NCBI GenBank assembly: GCA_030141605.1
Contig: JAQGDQ010000361.1
Span: forward strand, 173,209-237,208
Reading direction: 5' to 3'
DNA: 64,000 nt
Source: Tubiluchus corallicola
Lineage: Eukaryota; Animalia; Priapulida
Position numbers and translations under genes: made by a program. Under the pieces are notes generated by a model, which saw only the letters and a program-made list of their open reading frames with translations, had not been told where the DNA came from and searched no databases. Position 1 is the stretch's first letter. Each line of letters begins with the position of its first letter. Shown one piece after another: positions 12,328-24,889 of this stretch.

Positions 12328-12652
12328 TTAGTTTAGCTACAAAACAGAATAAACGAATACCGTTCTAGCTTTTTTATGTTTGAGAAACAAATGTACTCTA
12401 AAGCAAAGTAAGCAATATAAGTAAACTAGATAAAAAAGAATGGCTGAACTTTATTGACCAAAGAACCTTCACAGACTTCAGCAAAAGAGGGGTAACTATA
12501 TTAATCCAAAATTTAATCTAACAAGTTACTAATCACTCCAATGTAAACGAACTGACTGAGCATTGTTATTTATTAAGATGATAATGATTATAATATTTAT
12601 AATTAATTACGAAAAAACTGATAATGGTTGAGTTAAGATCATAATTAATAAA

Positions 12653-12733
12653 GGATCGTGTTGTCTAATAGTCTCGGTACTGGACGTAATCCAAAGGTCT
12701 ATGGTTAAAAGCCAGATTCGCATCCATCTTTTT
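12653..12733 (+). pseudogene. Degenerate tRNA-like sequence followed by a T-run
   Basis: ggatcg...cgcatcca acceptor-like ends, decayed A/B boxes (tgtctaatag; ggttaaaagcc), stem tgga-cgtaa-tcca; not a functional cloverleaf. Confidence 0.3.
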
Positions 12734-12858
12734 AGTCAAGTTTGGCTTCAAAACTTCATTAATTGTCATAATAACTAATGAATAGGGCAATATTCTAATA
12801 TATTTTTTATTTCACTTATGTGATACAATAAAAATATGGAAAAATTTTAGAATTCTTA

Positions 12859-15800
12859 TTAATACAGCACAGAAAGAAGAATAATGTAGACAATAGTAAT
12901 CACTGTTCCCGTTAGAACGGTCGCCAAGAGCCACTGCTTCGTAATACGTGAAGCCCTTATAGCGCCCTCTATATCTCCTCTAGCATACTTTTCATCCACC
13001 TGAATAATAAAATGACATAGTGCCCAGTAAAGTGCAAATATGTAGTTCTGATAAGCGTACTAAATCAATTACAACAAATGCTAATGAATAAATGTATCAA
13101 AATAAACAAACAGATTTGGCAGATCTCCCTCGTACAAACGTCAGATTTTCTTGATGCGAAAGGTATGGTGATTTTTCAAAGGCTTGCAATAAGAAATAGG
13201 TGTTATTTCATAGATGATGCTCAGTGGTGCCAATATTAATTATTGCATGAGTTTTGCCCCATTTAGTTGGACAATCAAACCTATCTAAAAAGTGTAGCTA
13301 CAATAATTTTAAGTGAATAACAAAAGCGAGTGCAGTAACTAAGTTGCTTACAAAAACTCAAGTGCATGCAGAAACAGAGAAAGCAGGCTTGGCAACAGCA
13401 CAGAGATAGACAGCACAGAAGAGAAAGAAAAACAAACAAAGATTGAGAGATAAAAAGAAAGGCGAGGATGGAAAGACAGAAGGCAAAAAAGATGAGAGAA
13501 GAGAGGTAAAGAGGGAGAGACAGAGAAAAAGGCAAAGTGAAATCTAAGCATCCCACAATCATATTGTTTTGATCTATGAACTGCTAATGAACAAAATTTT
13601 GTTTCTAATTGTTTGTGCATTGCACGTCATCCAGTTTTGATGCAGTCATTGTTTTTGGAAATATAAATACTTATTTGTTCTCACCGATACGATTTCCACC
13701 AATAGTGATTTGAGGTTTGGTAACAATTGACAGAAATACCTGATCACTTATTGGGCGTCGTTGGCGTAGGTCTATGACTGATCACCTATTCAGCATCATT
13801 GGCGTAGGTCTATGAGTGATCACCTATTGGGCATCATTGGTGTAGATCTATGACTGATCACCTATTGGGCATCATTGGTGTAAGTCTATGACTGATCACC
13901 TATTGGGCGTCGTTGGCGTAGGTCTATGACTGATCACCTATTGGGCATCATTGGAGTAGGTCTATGACTGATCACCTATTGGGCATCTTCGGCGTAGGTC
14001 TATGACTGACCACCTATTGGGCATCATTGGAGTAGGTCTATGACTGACCACCTATTGGGCATCATTGGAGTATGTCTATGACTGATCACCTATTGGGCAT
14101 CTTCGGCGTAGGTTCGTGACTGATCACCTATTCATCATCATTGGCGTAGGTCTATGACTGATCACCTATTGGGCATCATTGGAGTAGGTCTATGACTGAT
14201 CACCTATTGGGCATCTTCGGCGTAGGTTCGTGACTGATCACCTATTCAGCATCATTGGCGTAGGTCTATGACTGATCACCTTTTGGGCATCATTAACGTA
14301 GGTCTATGACTGATCACCTATTCAGCATCATTGGCGTAGGTCTATAACTGATCACCTATTCAGCATGATTGGCGTAGGTCTATAACTGATCACCTATTGG
14401 GCATCATTGGAGTAGGTCTATGACTGATCACCTATTGGGCATCTTCGGCATAGGTCCGTGACTGATCACCTATTCAGCATCATTGGCGTAGGTCTATGAC
14501 TGATGACCTTTTGGGCATCATTGGTGTAGGTCTATGACTGATGACCTTTTGGGCATCATTGGTGTAGGTCTATGGCTGGTCACCTATTCAGCCATAGGGC
14601 GTAGGGAGATGACCTGACGCAGGGAAATCTGTCAGTGAATATTTTTCTTTGGATAAATAAACGAAGAATCAATAACAGGTAACTTCTTAATTCTAATTGT
14701 CACAGCTACGTACCTGCCACGAGTAGCACAGTGTAATAATTCCAAAAATTGGCATGCAAAATATGCAGGCAACGATGGCCCATGCCATGTAGTTTGGCGG
14801 CGCTCCTTGGTTGTGAACTACCACCACAGATGGCGCTGGCTACATATCCAAAAAAAATTAAACTAAATCATTTCCGAAAATTTACAATGACTCAGTTTGA
14901 CACAACTTTCTGATTGACTGAACTGTCCACAGCTACCTTGCAAAGACTTGTTATAAGTCTTTTCATTAGTGCCGCCATCTACTATAACAAATAGCAGGCA
15001 GTGTTTGAAACTGCTTTTTAAGATCGCTATAATTTATTTATCTAGTTTAGCAAACTATTAGTGCAAAACAGAAAACTGAGAGCAATTGTGTAATTCACTG
15101 TTGATGTCTGACAATTAGGGTGTCCGAAATAACGTTCTGATTTTAATTAATAAGTTAACCTTTGCAATAGCTAAAACGTACTATAAAGGTGAATGCAATT
15201 ATACGTTGTACTAGAGGTAAGAGAATGCATGTAATTTAAAGCCATGTAAAAACTAGAAATGTAAAAGGCATTTTATTCACTGATTTTACACAATATGTCC
15301 AGTTTTACAGGCCATTACATCTCATTCTTCATAATTAGCAACCCTAAAATTGTTCTTGGATGAATGCCAAAATAGATTGGATGGGCCAAGAGTATAAAAC
15401 CCGTTCAGGGGGTTTTCCCCGGAAAATAGTTTTCATGCAGAGTAAGGCATATACTTGTCTCAGACTGCAGTGCAGACAGTAATCAGCTTTGTTGATATGT
15501 AAACTGTAACGTAAAATTGCAGTGTGAGAAGTAAAAATGTAATTCATTTACAGCTAAGACGATATAGTTACATTGTATTAATTTAAATTAACGTTTTAAT
15601 AAACCTTTTCGCGATTTGCCACAGCAACGTGTCGTAACTACAATTATCACGTGACGTGTGTGTAAAGCAAAGGCGTTTTGGGCACGAGTTTAGTAACTTC
15701 AGTTGTTTTATGTTGACTTTACGTAACTACGCATTAGTCTTTGCGTAGAGTGATTTACTAGCAGGATCTCGCTTGGTAACAATAAAAAATGAACTAGGTA

Positions 15801-18130
15801 AGGTTCTAGCTAGCTGTTAAAACTGTTACTATTACAATAGCATAAGCTGCAACGCGTTGTCAAGTGTACGCAAACGCTTTGTCTGGGACACTTAACTTTT
15901 GACCTTTTCACGATCATCATCAATCGCCGGGACTGTGAAGAGGCTTATTCTTGTCTATGTGATTTTATTTACAGCTATAAGAACGAAATGTATATGTTAC
16001 AACAACAATAATTAAAATCACAAGCTGCCTTCTAACTGAACTGAAAATTTAGACTGATCACCCAAGAAGTAAACCAGCGTTTTCGACATCCTGCCAATCA
16101 CCGATATTTACAGCTTATATGATAATAACTGACAAACTCAAGTAATACATTATATTAAAAGTAAGATAGCGGACGTACTTGAACAGGTTGTGCGTATACA
16201 GCCCCATAACTAGGAGCGATAGCATGCTGAGTTATATTTTGCTGATATGGTTGCTTCTCCATGGTGTCTCCTACCCACCCAACATTTGGTGCCGATGCTA
16301 CATTTTGATACTGAGGACCTCCAACTGCCTGAATTGGTGTCTCGTATGGTATTGAGCCCAGGTCTTTAGGAGGAACGGAACTGTATTTAGGAGGCGATTC
16401 CTCTACAATTCTTTCATATTTCACATCTAAATGAAATCACACACCACCATGTACCTTTTGTAATTTGTAATATTCACCGAGTCTTGTTTGGTTTATACTG
16501 TACAAGTTTTGAACTGTTTGCTACACAGCAACGAAAATAACCTAGTAGTCAATGTGTATGCTTAGCAGTCTAATTTAGGCGATGCCAAGCCTGATCTGCT
16601 ACTGGATATGGGTCCTCAGGATGTTTACCACATACGATTGTAAAGTCAAACCTCTTTATACCGCCTATTTACGGACTGGAAAAAGAAGTGGAAAGAGGAA
16701 CGGCCTGAGGAATGATCCCTGCGGTACTCAATTGCGTACATAATCAAATTTCGTTATAACGCTCCTTTTATAACAAAATGTTCATACTTGCATAGTTATT
16801 TTAGCGTACCTCGTTAAAATGCGAAACGCTCTTAATGCCCCCTCCCTCTTTGTAGTAAAAGAATTAATCTGTCGATTATTTGCCAATGCCACCAATATTT
16901 TTCTTGCAAATACAAATGTAACTGACATAGAAGGGGAAACAGATAAACGAGGAACTAATAAGTGTAACTGAGTGGCTTGTAGCAAATAAACTTTCCTTGA
17001 ATGTAAACAAATAAAATTTTATCTTATTCCGGTCTAAAAATAAGTGTGATAATGGAAATTTTGACGTTATGCTAAACGATTAAAAAGTCAAATAAGTAAA
17101 ACTACATATAGGCATAGCACGCAGAGTAAGGGATTTTACATCTACCAAAATGTTAAAGACATTATTACAGTTTAGTTTACCCATACTTATGTAAAACTAT
17201 AGTATAAAGGTTGGGTCTAATCTCAATGAACTACAGATGACACTAAACAGAAGTTGATTAATTTTTTCCCATATGATCATAATACCCCCATCATACATAT
17301 AAAACTGCTAATACCAACAAAACTAAGGACCTTGTTGTCTTTCATTTATGTATGTTACAGGCAATGTGAGAAAATGGGGATTCTATAAGATGCCTAGGCG
17401 AGCTTACGCTCACTTCTCTGCTCCCTGCGAAAAGTGTTCAAAGTTACTTTGCCCAGTTTTGTCAAAACTACTTACCGCCAATTTGGCTGCCAGCTAATGA
17501 TCATTGCGGGAGTTTAAATTTACAAGTTTTATACCTGCGTTACTGCTAACAAAATTTCAAAACGAATTTTTTACGCTTTGTAGCTTTGTTTATTGAGAGT
17601 GTTATGTTGCTTTTTTGGTGACACATCAGCAAAGGGGTAAAATTGCTACATAGCAGTGTAAAGTATATTATATCATTATATAGAAGAGAGAGTGGTATTT
17701 ATTTGATGTTCACTCGGCGATTTTACACCTCTGTTTAAAAGCCAGCATGTTCACCCAAAAAATTCTCAATTACCGAGCAAGAATATGCGGCAGAAAAAAT
17801 TGAAAATCAAATTTGTGAAACACAATTTGCGTACTCTCGCTACTCTGACAGTCCTACAGACATAGTGATCACAAAATGTTGCTCCCTCAATCAAGTGTTG
17901 AATTTCGAGTGGTAGGACTATAGAGTGCACAACATTCTAATAAACGAATTTTAACGTTGGAAAAAGGTATGCAAAAATATCTTTATTTGGTGGCATACTA
18001 TAGTGTAGATTTGCACCTTATCCTACATGTTGCCAACACTAACAAGCTTTCAGGCTATAATATAACAATTTAGGTTACTAAGTTTTCCTGCAAAATTGTC
18101 TTAGAAAATCTTACCTGTAGATTCCGCCAT
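12859..18130 (-). CDS. CD225/dispanin family membrane protein (IFITM/PRRT-like) with Pro/Gln/Tyr-rich N-terminus, ~176 aa, 4 exons
   Basis: Exons 18130-18115 (MAEST, CAG|gtaaga), 16426-16179 (PPKYSSVPP...AQPVQ), 14839-14714 (PPNYMAWAIVACIFCMPIFGIITLCYSWQ) and 12999-12859 (VDEKYARGDIEGAIRASRITKQWLLATVLTGTVITIVYIILLSVLY*). All introns are GT-AG and phase-consistent; typical CD225 domain with G-D-x-x-G-A motif. Confidence 0.9.
13738..14605. repeat. 38-bp minisatellite, ~22-23 units, in CD225 intron 3
   Basis: Unit tgactgatcacctattgggcatcattggcgtaggtcta, head-to-tail with no spacers; recurring variant units. Confidence 0.95.
15598..15949 (+). mobile_element. MITE family A, copy 2 (CD225 intron 2)
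   Basis: Same termini and core (gtgatttactagcaggatct...aactaggtaaggttctagctagctgttaaaactgttac). Confidence 0.85.
16690..16990 (-). mobile_element. Highly degenerate LINE reverse-transcriptase remnant
   Basis: 16730-16692 reads (*)VPQGSFLRPFLF, matching the RT motif GVPQGSILGPLLF; extent approximate. Confidence 0.5.
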
Positions 18131-18274
18131 GTTCGTTTCTGATCTGATGTACTCTGTTCTTCGTGAACACAAATACCCGGTATAAAGTTCTTTTACGCAC
18201 TTTTAAAGATAATACTACAGTTTATCTGTCTCTGGCCTTGCTACAACATTGAATAAGCAAATAACGTCTTTGTT

Positions 18275-18478
18275 AGGTTATAATATAACAATTTAGATTA
18301 TTAAATTTTCATACAAAATTGTCTTAGAAAATCTAACTCTAAATTCTGCCATGTTTGTTCCCGATCTGATCTCTGTTCTTCGTGAACACAAGACAATAAA
18401 AACATAAAGAAGTAACACACTCGGTATATTTTCCGTGCAAATTTCTCTTATACAACTTTTAAGATAATACTGTCGGTT
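18275..18478 (-). pseudogene. Degenerate tandem duplicate of CD225 exon 1 and its flanks
   Basis: Aligns with 18052-18222. ATGGCAGAATTTAGA-gttaga versus ATGGCGGAATCTACAG-gtaaga; the donor is altered and now out of phase. Confidence 0.75.
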
Positions 18479-18511
18479 GTGCCACTCACTGTGACATTTA
18501 CTCAAATTCTT

Positions 18512-18537
18512 TATTATTAATATTATTATTATTATTA

Positions 18538-18625
<88 letters not shown>

Positions 18626-18738
18626 CATTATTATTATTATTATTGTTGTTGTTGTTCTTGTTGTTGTTTTGAAGTAATTTGTGTGTGTGTGTGTGTGTGT
18701 GCGTGTGTGTGTGTGTGCGTGCGTGCGTGCGTGTGCGT
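18512..18738. repeat. (ATT)n and (GT)n microsatellites
   Basis: Direct reading. Confidence 0.95.
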
Positions 18739-19038
18739 TTGCAGTTATCTCTTCTGGAAACCTACACCACTGGCAAAGTACTGCATGTGAAATCCGGTCA
18801 ACTTGTGTTTTTTTGTACATTCGCGATCCTGGCGCCATCTTTTGGCTAAATATGAATTTTTAGTCTTTCTTCACACCTAGACTAGTGTAAGCATTTAGTG
18901 GATTCGGTGTGTAGGTGTGTCTCTTGTACCTAATACACAATTTATTCCACTTGCTTGTTAAACTTAATGTAGGACGGGGTCAGGTCAGTGAGAACACAAT
19001 GTGAAATTCGTGTATTCTAAATGAAACTTTTTGTGTAA

Positions 19039-19251
19039 AGTGGCGATTATCTAGCATCCGGAATGCGCATGCGTTATGCGGATGTGGAATAGATAAGATC
19101 GGTTTATATTGTTTTCATTGCACCCGTTTATCTGACCTGCGTTATGCGTTATTTTTTCTGTTGCCATTTCGTATCGATTTTTATATGCAGCTATTCCATA
19201 GGTCTATAATGCATAACGCATACGCATTCCGTATGTCAGGTAAACGCCACT
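19039..19251. mobile_element. PIF/Harbinger (Tourist-like) MITE
   Basis: Imperfect TIR agtggcgattatct..catccggaatgcgcatgcgttatgc / gcataacgcatacgcattccgtatg..aggtaaacgccact, with TAA on both flanks. Confidence 0.8.
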
Positions 19252-20231
19252 TAACTCGCATACTTTTACATTAAGAACTTTTATTTCGACAGGCTCATAA
19301 AAATGCATGTGGCACCTAAATGAACCTTGTTTGTAATACGCGTAAATCCGGTTAATAAAAAAATTATTTTTTTTCCTTAATCACACAAAAAATAAAAAGC
19401 AATTCAACCAAAAACATGCACAAAAAGTCAGCGGCTGTTCCAAATGTACATCAACCTAAACGCAGTTAAAAGTGTTTTATTAGCACACAAATATGAATTA
19501 TAATACAAAATGTACAGGTGGTGCCCTCTACATGTAGAGCAAAGACACTTAGTGGTTAGTACGGTTTAACTGGGCAGTTCATTATACACGTATAATTTAA
19601 TATCACAAGTAGGTTGTATTTACAGTGACTTTCTCTTTCCTGTAAACCAATAAAATTTAAAATTTATTTTAAAAATTTTAAGGAATTAGCAAAAATTGCC
19701 AATTAAAAATAATATAAGTAGGACTGTAATTCATTTTTATTAGTCAATATTATAATCCATTCTTCGTTTTCCAATTAATGGGAACAGCGAAATACGTCTT
19801 CATAGTGCACAGAATATGTCATTCGTCTCGCGCAATGAAACAATGGCGGATGTTTAAATTTGTTACCGTTGACAATAAAGGCATCAAAACTGAAACAAAT
19901 CGAAACAAGGTTTACGGTAAGATTCCAATAAAATAAATTTAATATTCTTATTCACTGTAACATTTTACACTAGAAAAAGCTTTAGGTTAACTTAAACTAT
20001 GTGTAATGTGTATAATTATAATTATACAGTGGTGCAATAAAAATGTAATATCACGTAATAACATATCAATATAATTTTGTTACAATTATTGTGTCTACAA
20101 TTGATTTGATTTATAGCAGTTATAATAATACAATGTAAATTGCAATAATGCTGAAGTGAATAATAAATTACAAAATTGCAGTTTCTTACACGTTACCTTA
20201 AATTTGGAGTTATTGTTAAAACGTTATGAAG

Positions 20232-21183
20232 TTACACATATTGCTTTTGCTTGGTAGAAAAACCAAATTCTTCCATAATATAAGCCAGGTACAGCTGATG
20301 GTCCCATGCTTGTACACGCATGAAATCAAATAAAATTTTCTGCGAAGTACTATTCACGTGATGTATCAGAAACACACTTTCCATAGGTTCTTTAACATGA
20401 GTTAATCCCCAATAAAAATGTATATTATCAAGTCTGATGGCACCTGCCTTTTCAGCTAAAATACCAGTTATGTAAGCATCTTCTACTGCTGGTACAATTC
20501 TTGTCCTAAGCGAATGTTCGTACAAGACTTGGGGTAAATCCATGGTCATAATATACCCTGCACCATGCAAGTGAGGTGGAAAGTAATGTTCATTGTAGTC
20601 AAGCTCAGAAACGTACCACTTGTCGGTAAAGATTCGATTTACTTTGTTGTGCTTGATGAGTTTCCCAAATATCACGTTTTTCCGGTGACTGGTTGTTCGC
20701 AGGAATTCTGTTATGGTGTTGATGTTTACCCACGAGTCCATATCAGCTTTCATCAGAAAATTGCATGTTGGACAAATCTTGTTTGCTGCGTGGAGCAACA
20801 TGATAGATTTCATAGTTATGTTTTTGTAACTATCTTCAAAATCTCCACAAATAAGATCCGTGTGATGATTTTGCTCCTCGCTAATATGCTGGTCTGTCAC
20901 CGAGTCACCTGATTTGGCTAGGACAAATAGCAGGATAACATCTCTCGCCTGTCGTGTTATTGGATTCCAAAGTGCTCTTATCGAAACTCTTTCCTTGAAT
21001 TCGTTTGGTGCAGAGTGAACAGCTATGAGAAGTATGAGATTGCTCGAGTACTTAGACGTACTGGGGTAAGTGTATCTAAAACAGGTATTATAGGCTTGAA
21101 ATTCGGAGGTAACAATGGTCCATATCTCGCCCGAAGCTGAACCTCTAATGCCTTTCATTTCGTTTGTGTAAGTGTTTCTTAAC
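20232..21183 (-). CDS. GT31 beta-1,3-galactosyltransferase-like catalytic exon (distal copy)
   Basis: ORF 20232-21158 extends to a phase-2 acceptor ttttgtatatag|21183. Motifs: LLIAVHSAP, R..IR..W, DFEDSYKNITMKS, KADMD (DxD), FPPHLHGAGY, EDAYITG. This exon has no TM anchor. Confidence 0.9.
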
Positions 21184-21722
21184 CTATATACAAAATGAGC
21201 ACATTACATTACATGCATTACAAGTCATCATAAACTTCACTATAATGACATACCTAAGTTTATAACAGCAATATGAACATATAAATTTGCATAATATTCT
21301 TTAATTATAAAAGAATTCCTGAAAAATTATTTTGTCGAAAATATACAAATTAGATGTTATATAAATTTATATAATATGTGATTATTTATAATCATGTAAG
21401 TATTCTTAATAACTTTCTATTAAAAAGCACATTTATAGCTTTTATAAGATGTGATTTTTGTTTTCTGCGTTAATTATTATATCATATTGTATTTTCCCTC
21501 GCGACAAATCATGTTTACTTCTCAACCAGGGTGAATTTATCTCCAGTCAGACTTTTCTTAGTCTGACACCTTCAGTCAATTACCTTCTAAACCATCTTGT
21601 GATGTGAACGCAAGTACCAGACCAAAAATTGCCAAAATTTTACAACAGGTTTGTTCCACAAACTAGATCAATTTTAACAGCAATGTACATGCCGGTGCCA
21701 CTGTGTGTAAGAAACCTCAGGC

Positions 21723-22704
21723 TTACTGTACAGTCCTTGTTATTAAAATGTTCTTTTCGGGAATCCATTCATATTTTTTCCAGCGCCAATAATCACCCTT
21801 CAAGTGTTCTTCTGGTCTATGCCTACGTGAATCCATCTGAACATTCATGAAATCGAATATTGCCTTCTGAGAGGTAACCTCAACAACACGATGTACAACA
21901 AACACAAATTCTAGAGGTTCGTAGACGTCTGACAGCTGCCAATAAAAGTGCTCGTTATTAAGCCTAACTGCGCCAGCCTTTTCTGCTAGTATCCCAGTTG
22001 TGTACGCATCTTCAATTGCGGGCACAACTGGCGTAGACAATGATTGTTGGTATAAAAGCCCTGGAAGGTCCATACTCATGACATACCCTTGACCATGCAA
22101 GAAAACTGGGTAACGTTCCAGACTGTAAATCTCTTTTGAAACAAACCATTCATTACTGGGATCACGACTGACCCATGCCACTGGGCACAGCTTACCAAGT
22201 ATCACGTTTGTCCCGTTATAGCTGCGAAGAAATTCCGTGATACGCTTTATGTTAACCCAAGAGTCGATGTCAGCTTTCATCAGAAATTTGCAAGAAGGAC
22301 AAATTTGATTAGAAGCGTGAAGAAACATGACTGATTTCATAGTTATGTTTCTGTAACTATCAACAAAATGGCCATGTATAATATCTTGATGCTGCTTTAT
22401 TTCTTCGTCAAAGCGGTACTTAATAACTTTGTCTTTTGAATCGGCCACGAGAAATAACAAGATAACATCAGTAAGGTTCTGTACAATGGGACCCCACACG
22501 TTCCTAATTTCTGTCCGCTTGTGGAACTCACCAGGTGCAGACAACACAGCTAATATAAGAGTCATATTATCAGTGTGAATTGGCCTACGCGGATAATTGT
22601 AGTTATAGCTGATGTTGTCTGCCCTGAAACTTGATGTTGCAATAACCGACTTCCTGGCTGAGAGCTTCGGGCTGTCGCGTTCATTCCTAAGTTGCTCCCG
22701 TGAC
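21723..22704 (-). CDS. GT31 beta-1,3-galactosyltransferase-like catalytic exon (proximal copy)
   Basis: ORF 21723-22565 extends in frame (SREQLRNERD...SFRADNISYNYNYPRRPIHTDNMTLIL) to a phase-2 acceptor tttgtgattcag|22704. Motifs: FVDSYRNITMKS, KADID, YPVFLHGQGY, EDAYTTG. Confidence 0.9.
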
Positions 22705-22736
22705 CTGAATCACAAATCATGTACATGTAAATACAC

Positions 22737-22845
22737 ATTCTAGAGGTTCGTACACGTCTGACAGCTGCCAATAAGAGTGCTCACTATTGAGCATAAACCC
22801 ACAAGCCCATCTTGCTAGTACGCCAGTTGTGTACTCATCTTCAAT
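22737..22845 (-). pseudogene. Relic fragment of a further GT31 catalytic exon copy
   Basis: Clear nucleotide similarity to 21908-22017; encodes IEDEYTTGVLA...NSEHSYWQLSDVYEPLE versus IEDAYTTGILA...NNEHFYWQLSDVYEPLE. Confidence 0.8.
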
Positions 22846-22983
22846 ATCACAATAGCAACATCGGGGAAATGTCGGCAATTATACAAACGATAGGGTACAG
22901 AAAAGTTTAGTATAGGCCTGGTTTTTTCAGTATTTCCTGTATTTTGGAAGACAGAAGCAACTCGAACGTTATTAAAGGTTGTC

Positions 22984-23605
22984 TTAAAGGGAGACAAGAT
23001 GATTTTTCATCAACTACCCCATCTTAAGCCCGATAAAAGGATTCATTTTAACACAATTAATACCGCAAAAGCGTTTACGATAATTAAATTATAGATTAAA
23101 AACTTAATTAGCGGCGGGCTAGCCCAACTATTGATGACATCACATACTAACAATTTTCAACAGCAAAAATGTTCTACGAGCGTGTAGTGCATGTCTGTGA
23201 AAGCGAAAATTGAAGTACAGTGCAACTTTAATATATTCAGTGTGTTACACTGAAACTAGACAAGTTTTAAGATAAAAATTCAAATTTTAAATTTACCGCT
23301 GTGCTCGCGCATGAGCTGTCAAACGTGTGAAGTTCGTCACAAACTAACACATCTGAACTGAGAGGTACAACACCTGTTTTTTGTACAATGCGTTTCCGAA
23401 ATGCAGGTGCTAGTGAACGTTTAACTAGCGAATGGCGAAATGCACGTAACAGCGAAGAACTAGTGGTGCGAGCGCGAAGCTGTGTTTGTGTGGTCATAAT
23501 TTTTCACATAAGTCATTTTTGAAAAAATAAAGTGTTTCTTTTCAATATTTTAAAGAGTAGATTGTTTTGGCCTACAGTTTAAGAGTAGGTCAGGTTTTGC
23601 TTTAA
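22984..23605 (+). mobile_element. TTAA-flanked non-autonomous DNA transposon family B (Kolobok-like), near full length
   Basis: ttaa-agggagacaagatgatttttcat...ggttttgct-ttaa. Homologues at ~38240-38702(-), 40807-41300(+), ~45225-45608(-), ~45830-45980(-), ~54512-54895(+). Confidence 0.8.
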
Positions 23606-24399
23606 TAAACATACAACTTTTCTTGTATAATCTATTTCTATTAGGCCTCTTATGAAACCTGTATAATTTGTTCCCAACCTGTATTAGGCTGAGTTAGCAT
23701 AGTAGCCTAACCAGGGCTACATTATCTCCCGGATGCTCCTTATTAGGGATTTCTTGATGCCCAAGTACGGTCTATTGTAGTCTTGCGAACGTGTAATCTG
23801 TATTGTAGTGTCTAGTTGACACGTTTGTCGTATAATGTACTTACTAAAATGTAGCTGGGCTTCTTGTCAGTATATATTAATGTAAGTAAAAATGTAATAA
23901 TAATGTAACTAATCTGCTTAATTATTTCAATATAAATATCATTAAGTAATAGAGATTAATAATTATGTCGTATTTTAATCACCTGTTCTTGGTGGATTTT
24001 CTCCAGCTAAACAATACAAACGTGTAGAAAAATGCAATACTAACAATTTCGCGTTCATTTGGATCTGAAGCTAAGCTTAGGTTTTCGAACTTGGGGTAAA
24101 ATTTAAGCACCAGTCAAGCCCTCCCGCCTTATTTCGATTAAATAAACTTCAAACATATAAACAAACAAACAGCGGTTCGAAACATTTGTAATCTCTTTTC
24201 GTGTTTGTCAAGTTTAGAAGTTTAGAAACTTTAGTTGAGCCTCTATTAGGCTTTATTGTCAATTCCGAGAGTAACAAAAACGCTTATATAAAATTGGTTC
24301 ATGCATTTCAAAAGGAGCGTTTACAGATAGGCCTACGACTCGTCATTACCAAATTAATTATACTAAGTTTGTTTTCATAAAAATCTTTTCTTTACTTCG

Positions 24400-24710
24400 A
24401 ATTAAGCCTTTTCACAGTTTTGTTGCATGCGCTTTGCTGTAAGTCAAAGGTTAGAGTGTACCACAGCAACACGTCTTAACTACAACCGTCACGTGACATG
24501 TTTGTAAGGTAAAGTCGTCTGCCACATCAGTTCACTAAGTTCTTCCTGGACATAGTAGGTAAAGTTCTAGCTAGCTGTTAAAACCGTTGGTATTACAATG
24601 GCTTGGGCTGCAAGGCGTTGTCAAGTGTACACAAATGCGTTGCCCGGTACACTTAACCTTTGACCTTTTGACGATCATCATCAGTCGCTGGAAATGTGAA
24701 AAGGTTTATT
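24400..24710 (+). mobile_element. MITE family A, copy 3
   Basis: Same termini and core, with an internal deletion. Confidence 0.85.
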
Positions 24711-24889
24711 ACCGCCTTACTATCTTTGTTGAGTCACCTTGTTTGAGATGAGACAGTATAATTTTACAGTAGTTCATCAATAGTTACACACGTCTTTTAC
24801 TTTTGCCCTTATTCTGCAATTTCAGGGGGTCTTATCGTCCTAATACTGTCAATGATACAAGCCAGGTACAAAAAATACTTGTAATTAAT

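Noticed and set aside
12653-12733. Functional tRNA gene
   Set aside because: A/B boxes mutated and anticodon loop too short; kept only as a low-confidence relic.
13738-14605. CRISPR-like array of ~38-bp repeats
   Set aside because: Units are contiguous with no unique spacers, there are no cas genes, and it lies in a eukaryotic intron.
20565-20912. 115-aa plus-strand ORF
   Set aside because: Antisense shadow of the GT31 exon.
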